Shown in pieces: positions 26,984 through 36,099 of a stretch of 59,622 nt of DNA. The stretch is taken from the NCBI GenBank assembly GCA_028871575.1, contig JAGWMW010000001.1, positions 1 to 59,622 on the forward strand. Direction: 5' to 3'. A model generated the notes under the pieces. It saw only the letters and a program-made list of their open reading frames with translations. It had not been told where the DNA came from and made no database searches. Numbering within the stretch: the stretch's first letter is position 1; every line of letters begins with the position of its first letter. This DNA comes from Burkholderiales bacterium. GTDB taxonomy: Bacteria > Pseudomonadota > Gammaproteobacteria > Burkholderiales > Burkholderiaceae_C. The translations under genes and the position numbers were made by a program.

Positions 26984-28906
26984 TCAACTGCTTTTCCTGA
27001 CGCGCAGGTACCACTCGCACAGCAGCCGCACCTGCTTCTGCGTGTAGCCCTTGGCCACCATGCGGGTCACGAAGTCCTCGTGCTTCTTGGCCTCGTCGGC
27101 GCTGGCCTTAGCGTTGAAGCTGATCACCGGCAGCAGCTCTTCGGTGTTGCTGAACATCTTCTTCTCGATCACGGTGCGCAGCTTCTCGTAGCTGGTCCAG
27201 ACCGGGTTCTTGCCCTGGTTGCCGGCGCGGGCGCGCAGCACGAAGTTGACGATCTCGTTGCGGAAGTCCTTCGGGTTAGCGATGCCGGCGGGCTTCTCGA
27301 TCTTCTCGAGCTCGGCGTTGAGGCTGCCGCGGTCGAAGACCTCGCCGGTGTCGGTGTCGCGGTACTCGTGGTCCTGGATCCAGTAGTCGGCGTAGGTGAC
27401 GTAGCGGTCGAAGATGTTCTGGCCGTACTCGCTGTAGCTCTCGAGGTAGGCGGTCTGGATCTCCTTGCCGATGAACTCGGCGTAGCGCGGCGCCAGCAGC
27501 TCCTTGATGAAGCCGACGTACTTGTCTTCGGTCTCCTTGGCGAACTGCTCGCGCTCGATCTGCTGCTCGAGCACGTACATCAGGTGCACCGGGTTGGCGG
27601 CCACCTCGGCGCTGTCGAAGTTGAAGACCTTGCTGATGATCTTGTAGGCGAAGCGCGTGGAAACGCCGCTCATGCCTTCGTCGACGCCGGCGTAGTCGCG
27701 GTACTCCTGGTAGCTCTTGGCGCGCGGGTCGGTGTCCTTGAGGTTCTCGCCGTCGTAGACCAGCATCTTGCTGTACAGGCTGCTGTTCTCGGGCTCCTTC
27801 AGGCGCGTGAGGATGGCGAACTGGCTCATCATCTTCAGCGTGCCCGGCGCGCAGGTGGCGCGGGCCAGCGAGCTGTTCTTCAGCAGCTTCTCGTAGATGT
27901 GCACCTCTTCGGAGACGCGCAGGCAGTAGGGCACCTTGACGATGTAGATGCGGTCGAGGAAGGCCTCGTTGTTCTTGTTGTTGCGGAACGCCTTCCACTC
28001 GCTTTCGTTGCTATGCGCCAGCACCACGCCGTCGAAGGGGATGGCGCCGAAGCCTTCGGTGCCCTTGAAGTTGCCCTCCTGCGTGGCCGTCAGCAGCGGG
28101 TGCAGCACCTTGATCGGCGCCTTGAACATCTCGACGAACTCGAGCAGGCCCTGGTTGGCCAGGCACAGGCCGCCGCTGTAGCTGTAGGCGTCGGGGTCGT
28201 CCTGGCTGTAGGTCTCGAGCTTGCGGATGTCGACCTTGCCGACCAGGCTGCTGATGTCCTGGTTGTTCTCGTCGCCGGGCTCGGTCTTGCTGATGCCCAC
28301 CTGCTTGAGGATGCTGGGGTGGCGCTTGACGACCTTGAACTTGCGGATGTCGCCGCCGAACTCCTCCAGCCGCTTGACCGCCCAGGGGCTGAGGATGCGG
28401 TTGAGGTAGCGGCGCGGGATGCCGTACTCGCTTTCCAGGATGGGGCCGTCCTCGACGGCATCGAACAGGCCCAGCGGGCTCTCGTTCACCGGGCTGCCCT
28501 TGATGGCGTAGAAGGGCACCTCCTGCATCAGCTGCTTGAGCCGCTCGGCGATGCTGCTCTTGCCGCCGCCCACGGGTCCCAGCAGGTAGAGGATCTGCTT
28601 CTTCTCCTCCAGGCCCTGCGCGGCGTGGCGGAAGTAGCTGACCACCTGCTCGATCGAGTCCTCCATGCCGTAGAACTCGGCGAAGGCCGGGTAGACCTTG
28701 ATGATCTTGTTGGCGAACAGGCGCGACAGGCGCGGGTCGTTGCGCGTGTCCACCGAGGTCGGCTCGCCGATGGCGCGCAGCATGCGCTCGGCGGCGGTGG
28801 CATAGGCCAGCGGGTTGCGCTTGCACTCGGCCAGGTAGTCCTCGAGCGAGAGTTCTTCCTCTCGCGTGCGCTCGTAGCGCGCGGCGAAATGGCTGATCAC
28901 ATCCAT
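26984..28906 (-). CDS. prkA: PrkA/YeaG family AAA+ serine protein kinase
   Basis: GGAGG SD; Walker A GPVGGGKSS; EPGDENNQDIS, EFVEMFK, HSNESEW. Confidence 0.96.
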   Translation of the reverse strand: MDVISHFAARYERTREEELSLEDYLAECKRNPLAYATAAERMLRAIGEPTSVDTRNDPRLSRLFANKIIKVYPAFAEFYGMEDSIEQVVSYFRHAAQGLEEKKQILYLLGPVGGGKSSIAERLKQLMQEVPFYAIKGSPVNESPLGLFDAVEDGPILESEYGIPRRYLNRILSPWAVKRLEEFGGDIRKFKVVKRHPSILKQVGISKTEPGDENNQDISSLVGKVDIRKLETYSQDDPDAYSYSGGLCLANQGLLEFVEMFKAPIKVLHPLLTATQEGNFKGTEGFGAIPFDGVVLAHSNESEWKAFRNNKNNEAFLDRIYIVKVPYCLRVSEEVHIYEKLLKNSSLARATCAPGTLKMMSQFAILTRLKEPENSSLYSKMLVYDGENLKDTDPRAKSYQEYRDYAGVDEGMSGVSTRFAYKIISKVFNFDSAEVAANPVHLMYVLEQQIEREQFAKETEDKYVGFIKELLAPRYAEFIGKEIQTAYLESYSEYGQNIFDRYVTYADYWIQDHEYRDTDTGEVFDRGSLNAELEKIEKPAGIANPKDFRNEIVNFVLRARAGNQGKNPVWTSYEKLRTVIEKKMFSNTEELLPVISFNAKASADEAKKHEDFVTRMVAKGYTQKQVRLLCEWYLRVRKSS

Positions 28907-29179
28907 GCGGGCCTCCGGTGTCCAGCGCGCGATGGGGAGGCCTACCCTGCCCCGCCGTGCGTCTGGGAAGTTCTGATGGAGTCCCGGCTGTACGGACCCA
29001 GGCTCCATCAGAGCTTTCCTGCCTACCGGTGCGGACCCTGCTGCATGGGCGTCACGATCGTCATGGCCAGTGCGGATTCAGCATGGTTCATCCTGCGCCC
29101 GACCATGACCCGATGAAGGCATCGAAGACCGGCCATTTTGCGCCGCCTCCGCGCGATCATGCGCCATCCGGGTTGCTCC

Positions 29180-29194
29180 GCAAGACGCGTGCCC
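29180..29194 (-). promoter_or_regulatory. Sigma-54 (-24/-12) promoter for prkA-yeaH-spoVR
   Basis: GGGCAC-GCGTC-TTGC on minus strand; yeaGH is sigma54/NtrC-controlled in E. coli. Confidence 0.65.
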
Positions 29195-29361
29195 TGCCTG
29201 GGCCGCTGCAACCCGGTGCGGTGCCAGCCCTTTTGCCCTTCAACGCGCGGCGCCGGCCACAGGCTGACAGCGCCGGCCCGCACCGGGATGGAGCGGCGTC
29301 GCGCCGCGATGGTTCCGGTCGTGCCTCGGTCCGCGCCGCGGCGCGCGTCTCGGTCCGCGCT

Positions 29362-30240
29362 TCAGCCGGTGGCGACGCCCAGGCGCTCGAGCAGGGCGTC
29401 GAGCTCGTCGAGCGAGCCGTAGGCGATGGCGATCTCTCCGCGCCGGCCACGCTGGCGGATCTCGACCCGTGCGGACAGGCGGTCGGCCAGGCGCTCTTCG
29501 AGCCGGGCGGTGTCGCCGGACCGGGCCGCACGCGCGGCCTGTGCCGTCGTGCGCTTGGCGGCACCGGCCGCGCCCGCGCGGGCCGCCAACCGCTCGGCCT
29601 CGCGCACGCTGAGCTTGCGGGCGCTGATCTGCTGCGCCGCCATCACCTGCTCGGCCGGGCCCAGGCTGAGCAGCGCGCGCGCATGGCCCATGTCGAGGTC
29701 GCCGGCCATCAGCATCTGCTGCACCGGCTCGGCCAGCTGCAGCAGGCGCAGCAGGTTGGTGGCCGCGCTGCGCGAGCGGCCCACGGCCTGGGCCGCCTGT
29801 TCGTGCGTGAGCTTGAAGTCGGCCACCAGGCGCTGCAGGCCCTGGGCCTCCTCGAGCGGGTTGAGATCCTCGCGCTGGATGTTCTCGATCAGCGCCATCA
29901 CGGCCGCCGCCTCGTCGGCCACCGGCCTGACGAGCACCGGCACCTCGACCAGGCCCGCCAGGCGGGCGGCGCGCACGCGCCGCTCGCCGGCGATGATCTC
30001 GTAGGCGCCGTCGTCGACGGGGCGCACGAGCACGGGCTGCATCACGCCCTGGCTGCGGATGCTCTCGGCCAGCTCGTACAACGAGCCTTCGTCCATGCGC
30101 GTGCGCGGCTGGTACTTGCCGGGACGCAGCCGGTCCAGGGCCAGCGTGGCCGGCTGGCCGGCCGCAGCCTCGTCGCCCGCCGTCGGGCCGAGCAGCGCGG
30201 CCAGGCCGAGGCCCAGGCCCTTGGGTTTCTTCGTCACCAT
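29362..30240 (-). CDS. parB: Chromosome partitioning protein ParB
   Basis: GLGLGLAALLG, YQPR, IIAGERR, ENIQREDLNPLEEA, HTH; GACAAT -10 six nt before ATG. Confidence 0.96.
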   Translation of the reverse strand: MVTKKPKGLGLGLAALLGPTAGDEAAAGQPATLALDRLRPGKYQPRTRMDEGSLYELAESIRSQGVMQPVLVRPVDDGAYEIIAGERRVRAARLAGLVEVPVLVRPVADEAAAVMALIENIQREDLNPLEEAQGLQRLVADFKLTHEQAAQAVGRSRSAATNLLRLLQLAEPVQQMLMAGDLDMGHARALLSLGPAEQVMAAQQISARKLSVREAERLAARAGAAGAAKRTTAQAARAARSGDTARLEERLADRLSARVEIRQRGRRGEIAIAYGSLDELDALLERLGVATG

Positions 30241-30270
30241 CGGGGCATTGTCTCCGAGCGCTGCGGCGCC

Positions 30271-30807
30271 TCAGGGGCCCGATCGGCCGGCCAGCGCGCG
30301 GCGCCTGGCCGCGGGGTAAAGCACTTCGCGCTCGAAGTAGCGGCGCAGGCGCTGCACGCGCAGCTCGTTGCGGCCCGGCATGGTGGCCAGCACCTGCACG
30401 ACCGCATCGACGCGCAGCATCAACAGGCCGCGCTCGGTGCGGCGCCAGCAGCCGCTGTGCCGCGCGGCCAGCACCTCGTCGGGCTCGACGCGGCCGAGCA
30501 CGCGCTGCAGGCCCTCGCCCGCGACCCACACGAGCCGGCCGTCGTCCTCGATCTCCAGCGGCACGCCGCCGAAGCTGTGGAAGCGCCCCTGCTGCGGCGC
30601 CCAGAACAGGCCTCGCGCCCACAGCGCGAGGCTGTCGATCCAGCGCACGCCCAGCCAGGGCAAGGCCCACGCAACGAAGGCAAAGGACCCGGCCACCAAC
30701 ATCAGCAAGGGCAGGCCCACGCCCAGCCACTGCAGCAGGCCGAGCAGGGCCACCAGCAGCGCCGCCAGGCGCAGCGCACGCAGGGCCGCGCTCTTCATCG
30801 GGTGCAT
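30271..30807 (-). CDS. Hypothetical membrane protein with BRO-N-like C-terminal domain
   Basis: Hydrophobic N-terminal half; soluble half FGGVPLEIEDDGRLVWV...LQRVLG...RYFEREVLYP; fills the gap between argC and parB. Confidence 0.6.
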   Translation of the reverse strand: MHPMKSAALRALRLAALLVALLGLLQWLGVGLPLLMLVAGSFAFVAWALPWLGVRWIDSLALWARGLFWAPQQGRFHSFGGVPLEIEDDGRLVWVAGEGLQRVLGRVEPDEVLAARHSGCWRRTERGLLMLRVDAVVQVLATMPGRNELRVQRLRRYFEREVLYPAARRRALAGRSGP

Positions 30808-30910
30808 CGGGCGGCGCCCCGCCGCCTGCCGCGCGCCGCGGCGGTCCCGTATCCTCGGCGGCTCACGGGCGATGGACGCATGGCCCGGGAGTTTGCCGGA
30901 GTGCAACGCG

Positions 30911-31843
30911 ATGACGACCGTTTTTGTCGATGGCCAGGAAGGCACCACGGGGCTGCAGATCCACGAACTGCTGGCGCGTCGCGGCGATCTCGAGGTGCTG
31001 CGCATCGCCCCCGAGCGCCGCAAGGACGCCGCCGAGCGGGCGCGCCTGCTCAACGCCAGCGACGTGGCCTTCCTGTGTCTGCCCGATGCGGCCGCGCGAG
31101 AGGCGGCAGGCTGGGTGAGCAACCCCCGCACCTGCCTGATCGACGCCAGCACCGCGCACCGCACCGACCCGGCCTGGGTGTTCGGCCTGCCCGAGCTCGC
31201 CCCGTCGCAGCGGGCGGCGATCCGCGGCGCCCGGCGCATCGCCAACCCGGGCTGCCATGCCAGCGCCTTCATCCTGCTGATTCGTCCGCTGCTCGACGCC
31301 GGCCTCGTGCCGGCCGGGCAGCACCTGTCGGCGACCTCGATCACCGGCTACTCGGGCGGGGGCCGCCGGATGATCGAGCAGTACGAGCGCGGCGGCGATC
31401 CGGCCCTGGCGGCGCCCCGGCCTTATGCGCTGGGCCTGGCGCACAAGCACCTGCCCGAGATGGCGGCGCACACCGGCCTGCGCGCGGCGCCGATCTTCAT
31501 GCCCATGGTGGCGAACTACTACAAGGGCCTGGCGGTGACGGTGCCGCTGGCCCTGGACGAGCTGGGTTGCACGGCCCAGGCGCTGCAGCAGGCCTACGAG
31601 CGGCGTTACGCGGGCGAGCGTTTCGTCAGGGTGATGCCGTTGCGCGACGCGGCCGTGCTCGAGCAAGGCTACTTCGACGTCCAGGGCTGCAACGACACGA
31701 ACCGGGTCGACCTGTTCGTCTTCGGCAACGAGACCCAGGCGGTCCTGATTGCCCGGCTCGACAACCTCGGCAAGGGGGCCAGCGGCGCGGCGGTCCAGGC
31801 GATGAACATCCACCTCGGGCGCGACGAAGGGCTGGGGCTTTAG
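30911..31843 (+). CDS. argC: N-acetyl-gamma-glutamyl-phosphate reductase (uncommon form)
   Basis: VFVDGQEGTTGL, IDASTAHR, IANPGC, GYSGGG, DNLGKGASGAAVQ. Confidence 0.95.
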   Translation: MTTVFVDGQEGTTGLQIHELLARRGDLEVLRIAPERRKDAAERARLLNASDVAFLCLPDAAAREAAGWVSNPRTCLIDASTAHRTDPAWVFGLPELAPSQRAAIRGARRIANPGCHASAFILLIRPLLDAGLVPAGQHLSATSITGYSGGGRRMIEQYERGGDPALAAPRPYALGLAHKHLPEMAAHTGLRAAPIFMPMVANYYKGLAVTVPLALDELGCTAQALQQAYERRYAGERFVRVMPLRDAAVLEQGYFDVQGCNDTNRVDLFVFGNETQAVLIARLDNLGKGASGAAVQAMNIHLGRDEGLGL

Positions 31844-31856
31844 TCCAGCGCGAGGA

Positions 31857-32639
31857 TCAGGGCGCCGTCCGGTAGTGATATGGGTAGGCGTCGGCAAAGC
31901 CGAGCCGGCGGTAGAGACGACGCGCATCCGGGTTGTCAGCCCCGACTTGAAGATACGCAATCTCGTTGCCTGGTTTGATTGATGACGAGAGCATGTGCTC
32001 ACATAACCAGGTCGCCAGGCCGCGGCGGCGGGCACGCTGGGCCGTGACGAGGTCGTACAGGCCGGCCAGTTCGAACTCGCGCGCGAGCAGGCCGCAGGCC
32101 AGCACCGACCCGTCCTCCTCGACGATCGCGTGGCCCTGCAACGGCACCGGCGCCAGGCTCAGGCGATCGCCATGGGCGGCGCGCTCGGCGGGTGGCGAGC
32201 CTCGCAGCTGTCCCACGGCCTGGGCGAAGTGCTGCGGTCCCAGCAGCGCCAGGCGCAAGCCCGGTGGTAGCGGCGCCAGCGCGGAGCGGGCGGCAGGCGG
32301 CAGCCCGGCCCGCACCATGACGAGGGTGTCGTCGTGGCGGCGCCAGCCTCGCTCGGCGAGCGCGGCATCGAGGTCCGGCGGGCAGCTGAACGGCGTGATG
32401 CGCGCGACCATCGGCAGGCCGGCGTCGGCGTAGACCCGTGCCGCCAGGGCGAGCCTGTGGTCGAGCCCGAGGCGGCCTTCGGCCACGGCCTGGATGCTGC
32501 GCGCCCGCTTGACCTGGCCCGGCGCGTAGCGGACCAGCCAGCCATCCACCCAGCGCTGCTGCGGCGACGCGCTGGCGTTGAGGCTCGCGTCTTCGATGCA
32601 CGAGAGCAGAACTGTTTCGGGTTGACGCTCAGGGCCCAA
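31857..32639 (-). CDS. GNAT family N-acetyltransferase; start approximate
   Basis: RRRGLA acetyl-CoA motif, AYLQV...N..A..LY..LGF. Confidence 0.85.
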   Translation of the reverse strand: MGPERQPETVLLSCIEDASLNASASPQQRWVDGWLVRYAPGQVKRARSIQAVAEGRLGLDHRLALAARVYADAGLPMVARITPFSCPPDLDAALAERGWRRHDDTLVMVRAGLPPAARSALAPLPPGLRLALLGPQHFAQAVGQLRGSPPAERAAHGDRLSLAPVPLQGHAIVEEDGSVLACGLLAREFELAGLYDLVTAQRARRRGLATWLCEHMLSSSIKPGNEIAYLQVGADNPDARRLYRRLGFADAYPYHYRTAP

Positions 32640-33393
32640 GGCGCTTGACCACCTCGGCCGCGAAGGCCACGAAAGCCTGCGCGCCCTTGGAAGCCGGATC
32701 GAAGGTGACGCCCGGCTGCCCGTAGCTGGGGGCTTCGGCCAGGCGCACGTTGCGCGGAATGATGGTGTCGAACACCTTGCTGCCGAAATGGGCCTTGAGC
32801 TGTTCGCTCACCTGCTGCTGCAGCGTGATGCGGGGGTCGAACATCACGCGCAGCAGGCCGATGATCTGCAGGTCGGGGTTGAGGTTGGCGTGCACCTGCT
32901 TGATGGTGTTCACCAGGTCGGACAGGCCTTCGAGCGCGAAGTACTCGCACTGCATGGGCACCAGCACGCCATGGGCCGCGCACAGGCCGTTGAGCGTGAG
33001 CAGGCTGAGCGAGGGCGGGCAGTCGACGAGGACGAAGTCGTGATCACCTGCGGCCGCCTGCAGCGCCGACTTGAGGCGGCGATCGCGACGCTCGAGCCGC
33101 ACCAGCTCGACCTCGGCACCGGCCAGCTCGCGGTTGGCGCCGAGCACCTGGTAGCCGCCCTGGGGGCTGGCCTGTCGAGCCTCGGCAATGCTGGCCGATT
33201 CGAGCAGCACGTCGTAGACCGACAAGGCCAGCTGGCGCTTGTCGATGCCCGAGCCCATCGTGGCATTGCCCTGGGGGTCGAGATCGACGAGCAACACGCG
33301 CTGACCCAGCTGGGCCAGCCCGGCCGCCAGATTCACGGCCGTGGTGGTCTTGCCGACCCCGCCCTTCTGGTTGGCAATGCAGAAGACACGCAT
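32629..33393 (-). CDS. parA: Chromosome partitioning ATPase ParA
   Basis: [41 protein letters not shown]. Confidence 0.97.
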   Translation of the reverse strand: MRVFCIANQKGGVGKTTTAVNLAAGLAQLGQRVLLVDLDPQGNATMGSGIDKRQLALSVYDVLLESASIAEARQASPQGGYQVLGANRELAGAEVELVRLERRDRRLKSALQAAAGDHDFVLVDCPPSLSLLTLNGLCAAHGVLVPMQCEYFALEGLSDLVNTIKQVHANLNPDLQIIGLLRVMFDPRITLQQQVSEQLKAHFGSKVFDTIIPRNVRLAEAPSYGQPGVTFDPASKGAQAFVAFAAEVVKRLGP

Positions 33394-33399
33394 GGGGTT

Positions 33400-34065
33400 T
33401 CAGTGGGCGGGAGGGTTCGGGGGCTGGGGGATGGCCCTGAGCGCCAGCGGGCGCATCCACACCAGGCAGCGGTCGGCTTGCAGGCCCGGTACGAGCAAGG
33501 GTTCCACGTGGAACACCTCGATGTCGGACGGCAGGGCGGCGATCTCGTCGAGGGGCTGCCGTCCTTTCATGGCCAGCCAGATGCCGCCCGGCGCCAGCAG
33601 GTGACGGCTCATGGCTGCAAATTGCGCGAGCGAGGCGAAGGCGCGGCTGACCACGAGATCGAAGACCGGGCCGGTCAGGGCTTCCACGCGGCCATGCCGG
33701 GCCCGCAGGTTTGGCAAGGCCAGCGCACCGGCCACCTGCCGTACGAAGGCCACCTTCTTGGCAACGGCATCGAGACAGGTGACTTCGAGGCCCGGCTCGG
33801 CCACGGCCAGCACGGCCCCCGGCAGCCCGCCTCCGCTGCCCACATCCAACACCTGGGATATCCGGCCTTGCGCCAGGCGCGCTGTCAACGGCGGAACGAT
33901 GGCCAGGCAGTCGGCCAGGTGCAGGCCGAGCATGGCTGCAGGATCGCGTACGGCCGTGAGGTTGTAGGTGGCATTCCAGCGGCACAGCATGTCGAGGTAC
34001 TGCTCGAGGGCCGAGCACTGGCGGTCGCCGAGCGTCAGGCCCAGCGCGCCGGCGACGGCCGCCAC
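33400..34065 (-). CDS. rsmG: 16S rRNA m7G527 methyltransferase; start uncertain
   Basis: WNATYNLTA, LDVGSGGGLPG, SRAF, MKG; downstream of mnmG. Confidence 0.95.
   Translation of the reverse strand: MAAVAGALGLTLGDRQCSALEQYLDMLCRWNATYNLTAVRDPAAMLGLHLADCLAIVPPLTARLAQGRISQVLDVGSGGGLPGAVLAVAEPGLEVTCLDAVAKKVAFVRQVAGALALPNLRARHGRVEALTGPVFDLVVSRAFASLAQFAAMSRHLLAPGGIWLAMKGRQPLDEIAALPSDIEVFHVEPLLVPGLQADRCLVWMRPLALRAIPQPPNPPAH
33500..33515. promoter_or_regulatory. parS site inside rsmG
   Basis: gGTTCCACGTGGAACa, perfect 14-bp palindrome matching the parS consensus. Confidence 0.85.
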
Positions 34066-34091
34066 CGAGTCGAGCTCGGCCGGGGTCGTGT

Positions 34092-36038
34092 TCAGGCCGC
34101 TTCCCCTGCGGAAGCGGCCTGGATGCGGCGGTGCTTCTTCAGGTAGATCTGCAACAGGGCGACCGCTGCGGGCGTCACCCCCGAGAGCCGGCTCGCCTGC
34201 CCCAGGGTGGCGGGGCGTGACCGCGCCAGGGTCTGACGAACCTCGAAGGACAGGGCCCTGACTTCGCCGTAATCCAGGTCGGCGGGCAGCGGCAGGCTCT
34301 CCAGCGCGGCCGTCCGCGCCACCTCCTCATGCTGCTTGTCGATGTAGCCGGCGTACTTGAGCGTGATCTCGGCCTGCTCGATGACGGCGTCGGCCTCGCG
34401 CACGCCGAGCTGGCCGCGCAGCGTTTCACGTGAAACATCGAGCCCGCCGAAGGTGCCCAGCGCCGCCACGTCGTCGTAGCCGATGGCCGGGCGGCGCAGC
34501 AGGTCGGCCAGGCTGTGCTCGTGCTCCAGTGCCTTGCCCAACACCGCGACGGCGGCGTCGGCCGGCAGCGTGGCCGGGCGCAGCCAGCTCGTGGCCAGCC
34601 GCTGCAGCGTCAGGGCCAGGGCTTCGCGCTTGCGCTCGAGCACCTGCATACGGGCGTCGTCGACCAGCCCCAGGCCATGCCCGATCTCGGTCAGGCGCAG
34701 ATCGGCGTTGTCCTCGCGCAGTTGCAGGCGGTATTCGGCACGGCTGGTGAACATCCGGTAGGGCTCGGTCACGCCCTTGGTCACGAGATCGTCCACCAGC
34801 ACGCCGAGGTAGGCCTGGTCGCGGCGCAGCAGCCAGGGCTCGCGCCCCAGCGCCTGCAACGCCGCGTTGGCGCCCGCATGCAGGCCCTGGGCCGCCGCCT
34901 CCTCGTAGCCGGTGGTGCCGTTGATCTGGCCCGCGAAATACAGGCCCCGCAGCGCCTGCGTCTCGAAGCTCGGGCGCAGCGCGCGCGGGTCGAAGTAGTC
35001 GTACTCGATCGCGTAGCCCGGCCGCAGGATGTGCGCCTGCTCGAGGCCGCGCATCGACTGCACGGCCGCGAGCTGCACGTCGAAGGGCAGCGACGTCGAG
35101 ATGCCGTTGGGATACACCTCATGCGTGTCCAGGCCCTCGGGCTCGAGAAAGACCTGGTGCGAGGCCTTGTCGGCGAAGCGGTTCACCTTGTCTTCGATGC
35201 TCGGGCAGTAGCGCGGCCCCACGCCCTCGATCAGCCCCGTGAACATGGGGCTGCGGTCGAATCCGCTGCGGATGATCTCGTGTGTGCGCTCGTTGGTGTG
35301 GGTGATCCAGCAAGGCACCTGGCGCGGGTGCTGCTCGGGCCGCCCCAGGAAGCTGAACACCGGCACCGGATCGAGATCGCCGGGCTGCTCCTCGAGCCGT
35401 GCGTAGTCGATGCTGCGGCCATCGATGCGAGGCGGCGTGCCGGTCTTCAGCCGCCCCTGCGGCAGCTTCAACTCCTTCAGCCGGGCCGACAGCCGCAGTG
35501 CCGGCGGGTCACCGGCTCGGCCCGCGCTCTGGTGCGCCAGGCCCACGTGCATGCGCCCGTCGAGGAAGGTGCCCGCGGTCAGCACCACGGCGCGAGCGCG
35601 AAACTGCAGGCCGATCTGCGTGACGACGCCCACCACGCGGTCGCCCTCCAGCAGCAGGTCGTCCACGCCCTGCTGGAACAGGCTCAGCCCCGGCTGGCTC
35701 TCGATCCGCCGCCGGATCGCGGCCCGATACCGGACACGATCGGCCTGGGCGCGCGTGGCACGCACCGCCGGCCCCTTGCTGCCGTTGAGGATGCGGAACT
35801 GGATGCCCGCCTCGTCGGTGGCGGCCGCCATCGCGCCGCCCAGGGCGTCGATCTCCTTGACCAGGTGGCCCTTGCCGATGCCGCCGATCGAGGGGTTGCA
35901 ACTCATCTGCCCCAGGGTTTCGATGCTGTGCGTCAACAGCAGCGTGGCGCAGCCCATCCGAGCCGCGGCCAATGCGGCTTCGGTGCCGGCATGGCCACCG
36001 CCGACCACGATCACGTCGAACGCCTGAGGGTGCAGCAT
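34092..36038 (-). CDS. mnmG: tRNA uridine 5-carboxymethylaminomethyl modification enzyme MnmG/GidA
   Basis: [56 protein letters not shown]. Confidence 0.98.
   Translation of the reverse strand: MLHPQAFDVIVVGGGHAGTEAALAAARMGCATLLLTHSIETLGQMSCNPSIGGIGKGHLVKEIDALGGAMAAATDEAGIQFRILNGSKGPAVRATRAQADRVRYRAAIRRRIESQPGLSLFQQGVDDLLLEGDRVVGVVTQIGLQFRARAVVLTAGTFLDGRMHVGLAHQSAGRAGDPPALRLSARLKELKLPQGRLKTGTPPRIDGRSIDYARLEEQPGDLDPVPVFSFLGRPEQHPRQVPCWITHTNERTHEIIRSGFDRSPMFTGLIEGVGPRYCPSIEDKVNRFADKASHQVFLEPEGLDTHEVYPNGISTSLPFDVQLAAVQSMRGLEQAHILRPGYAIEYDYFDPRALRPSFETQALRGLYFAGQINGTTGYEEAAAQGLHAGANAALQALGREPWLLRRDQAYLGVLVDDLVTKGVTEPYRMFTSRAEYRLQLREDNADLRLTEIGHGLGLVDDARMQVLERKREALALTLQRLATSWLRPATLPADAAVAVLGKALEHEHSLADLLRRPAIGYDDVAALGTFGGLDVSRETLRGQLGVREADAVIEQAEITLKYAGYIDKQHEEVARTAALESLPLPADLDYGEVRALSFEVRQTLARSRPATLGQASRLSGVTPAAVALLQIYLKKHRRIQAASAGEAA
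34422..34437. promoter_or_regulatory. parS site inside mnmG
   Basis: cGTTTCACGTGAAACa, consensus parS. Confidence 0.9.
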
Positions 36039-36099
36039 AAGCCGTTGATTTTAGGAGCGAAACATCTCCCGGCGCGCTCGCTCCGAGCGGCGCCGCCCG

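Noticed and set aside
31857-32639. GNAT protein as the missing LuxI
   Set aside because: Lacks the LuxI N-terminal R..F...W and E.D..D motifs and belongs to the parA operon
34066-34095. rsmG pseudogene or frameshift at the 5' end
   Set aside because: Frame stays open to the mnmG stop region (CTG overlap or GTG 34065 possible) and all catalytic motifs are intact
36038-36099. oriC upstream of mnmG (IHF-like TAAGCCGTTGATT at 36038-36050)
   Set aside because: Gap is only 61 nt with no DnaA boxes or AT-rich unwinding element; the match overlaps the mnmG -10 and start
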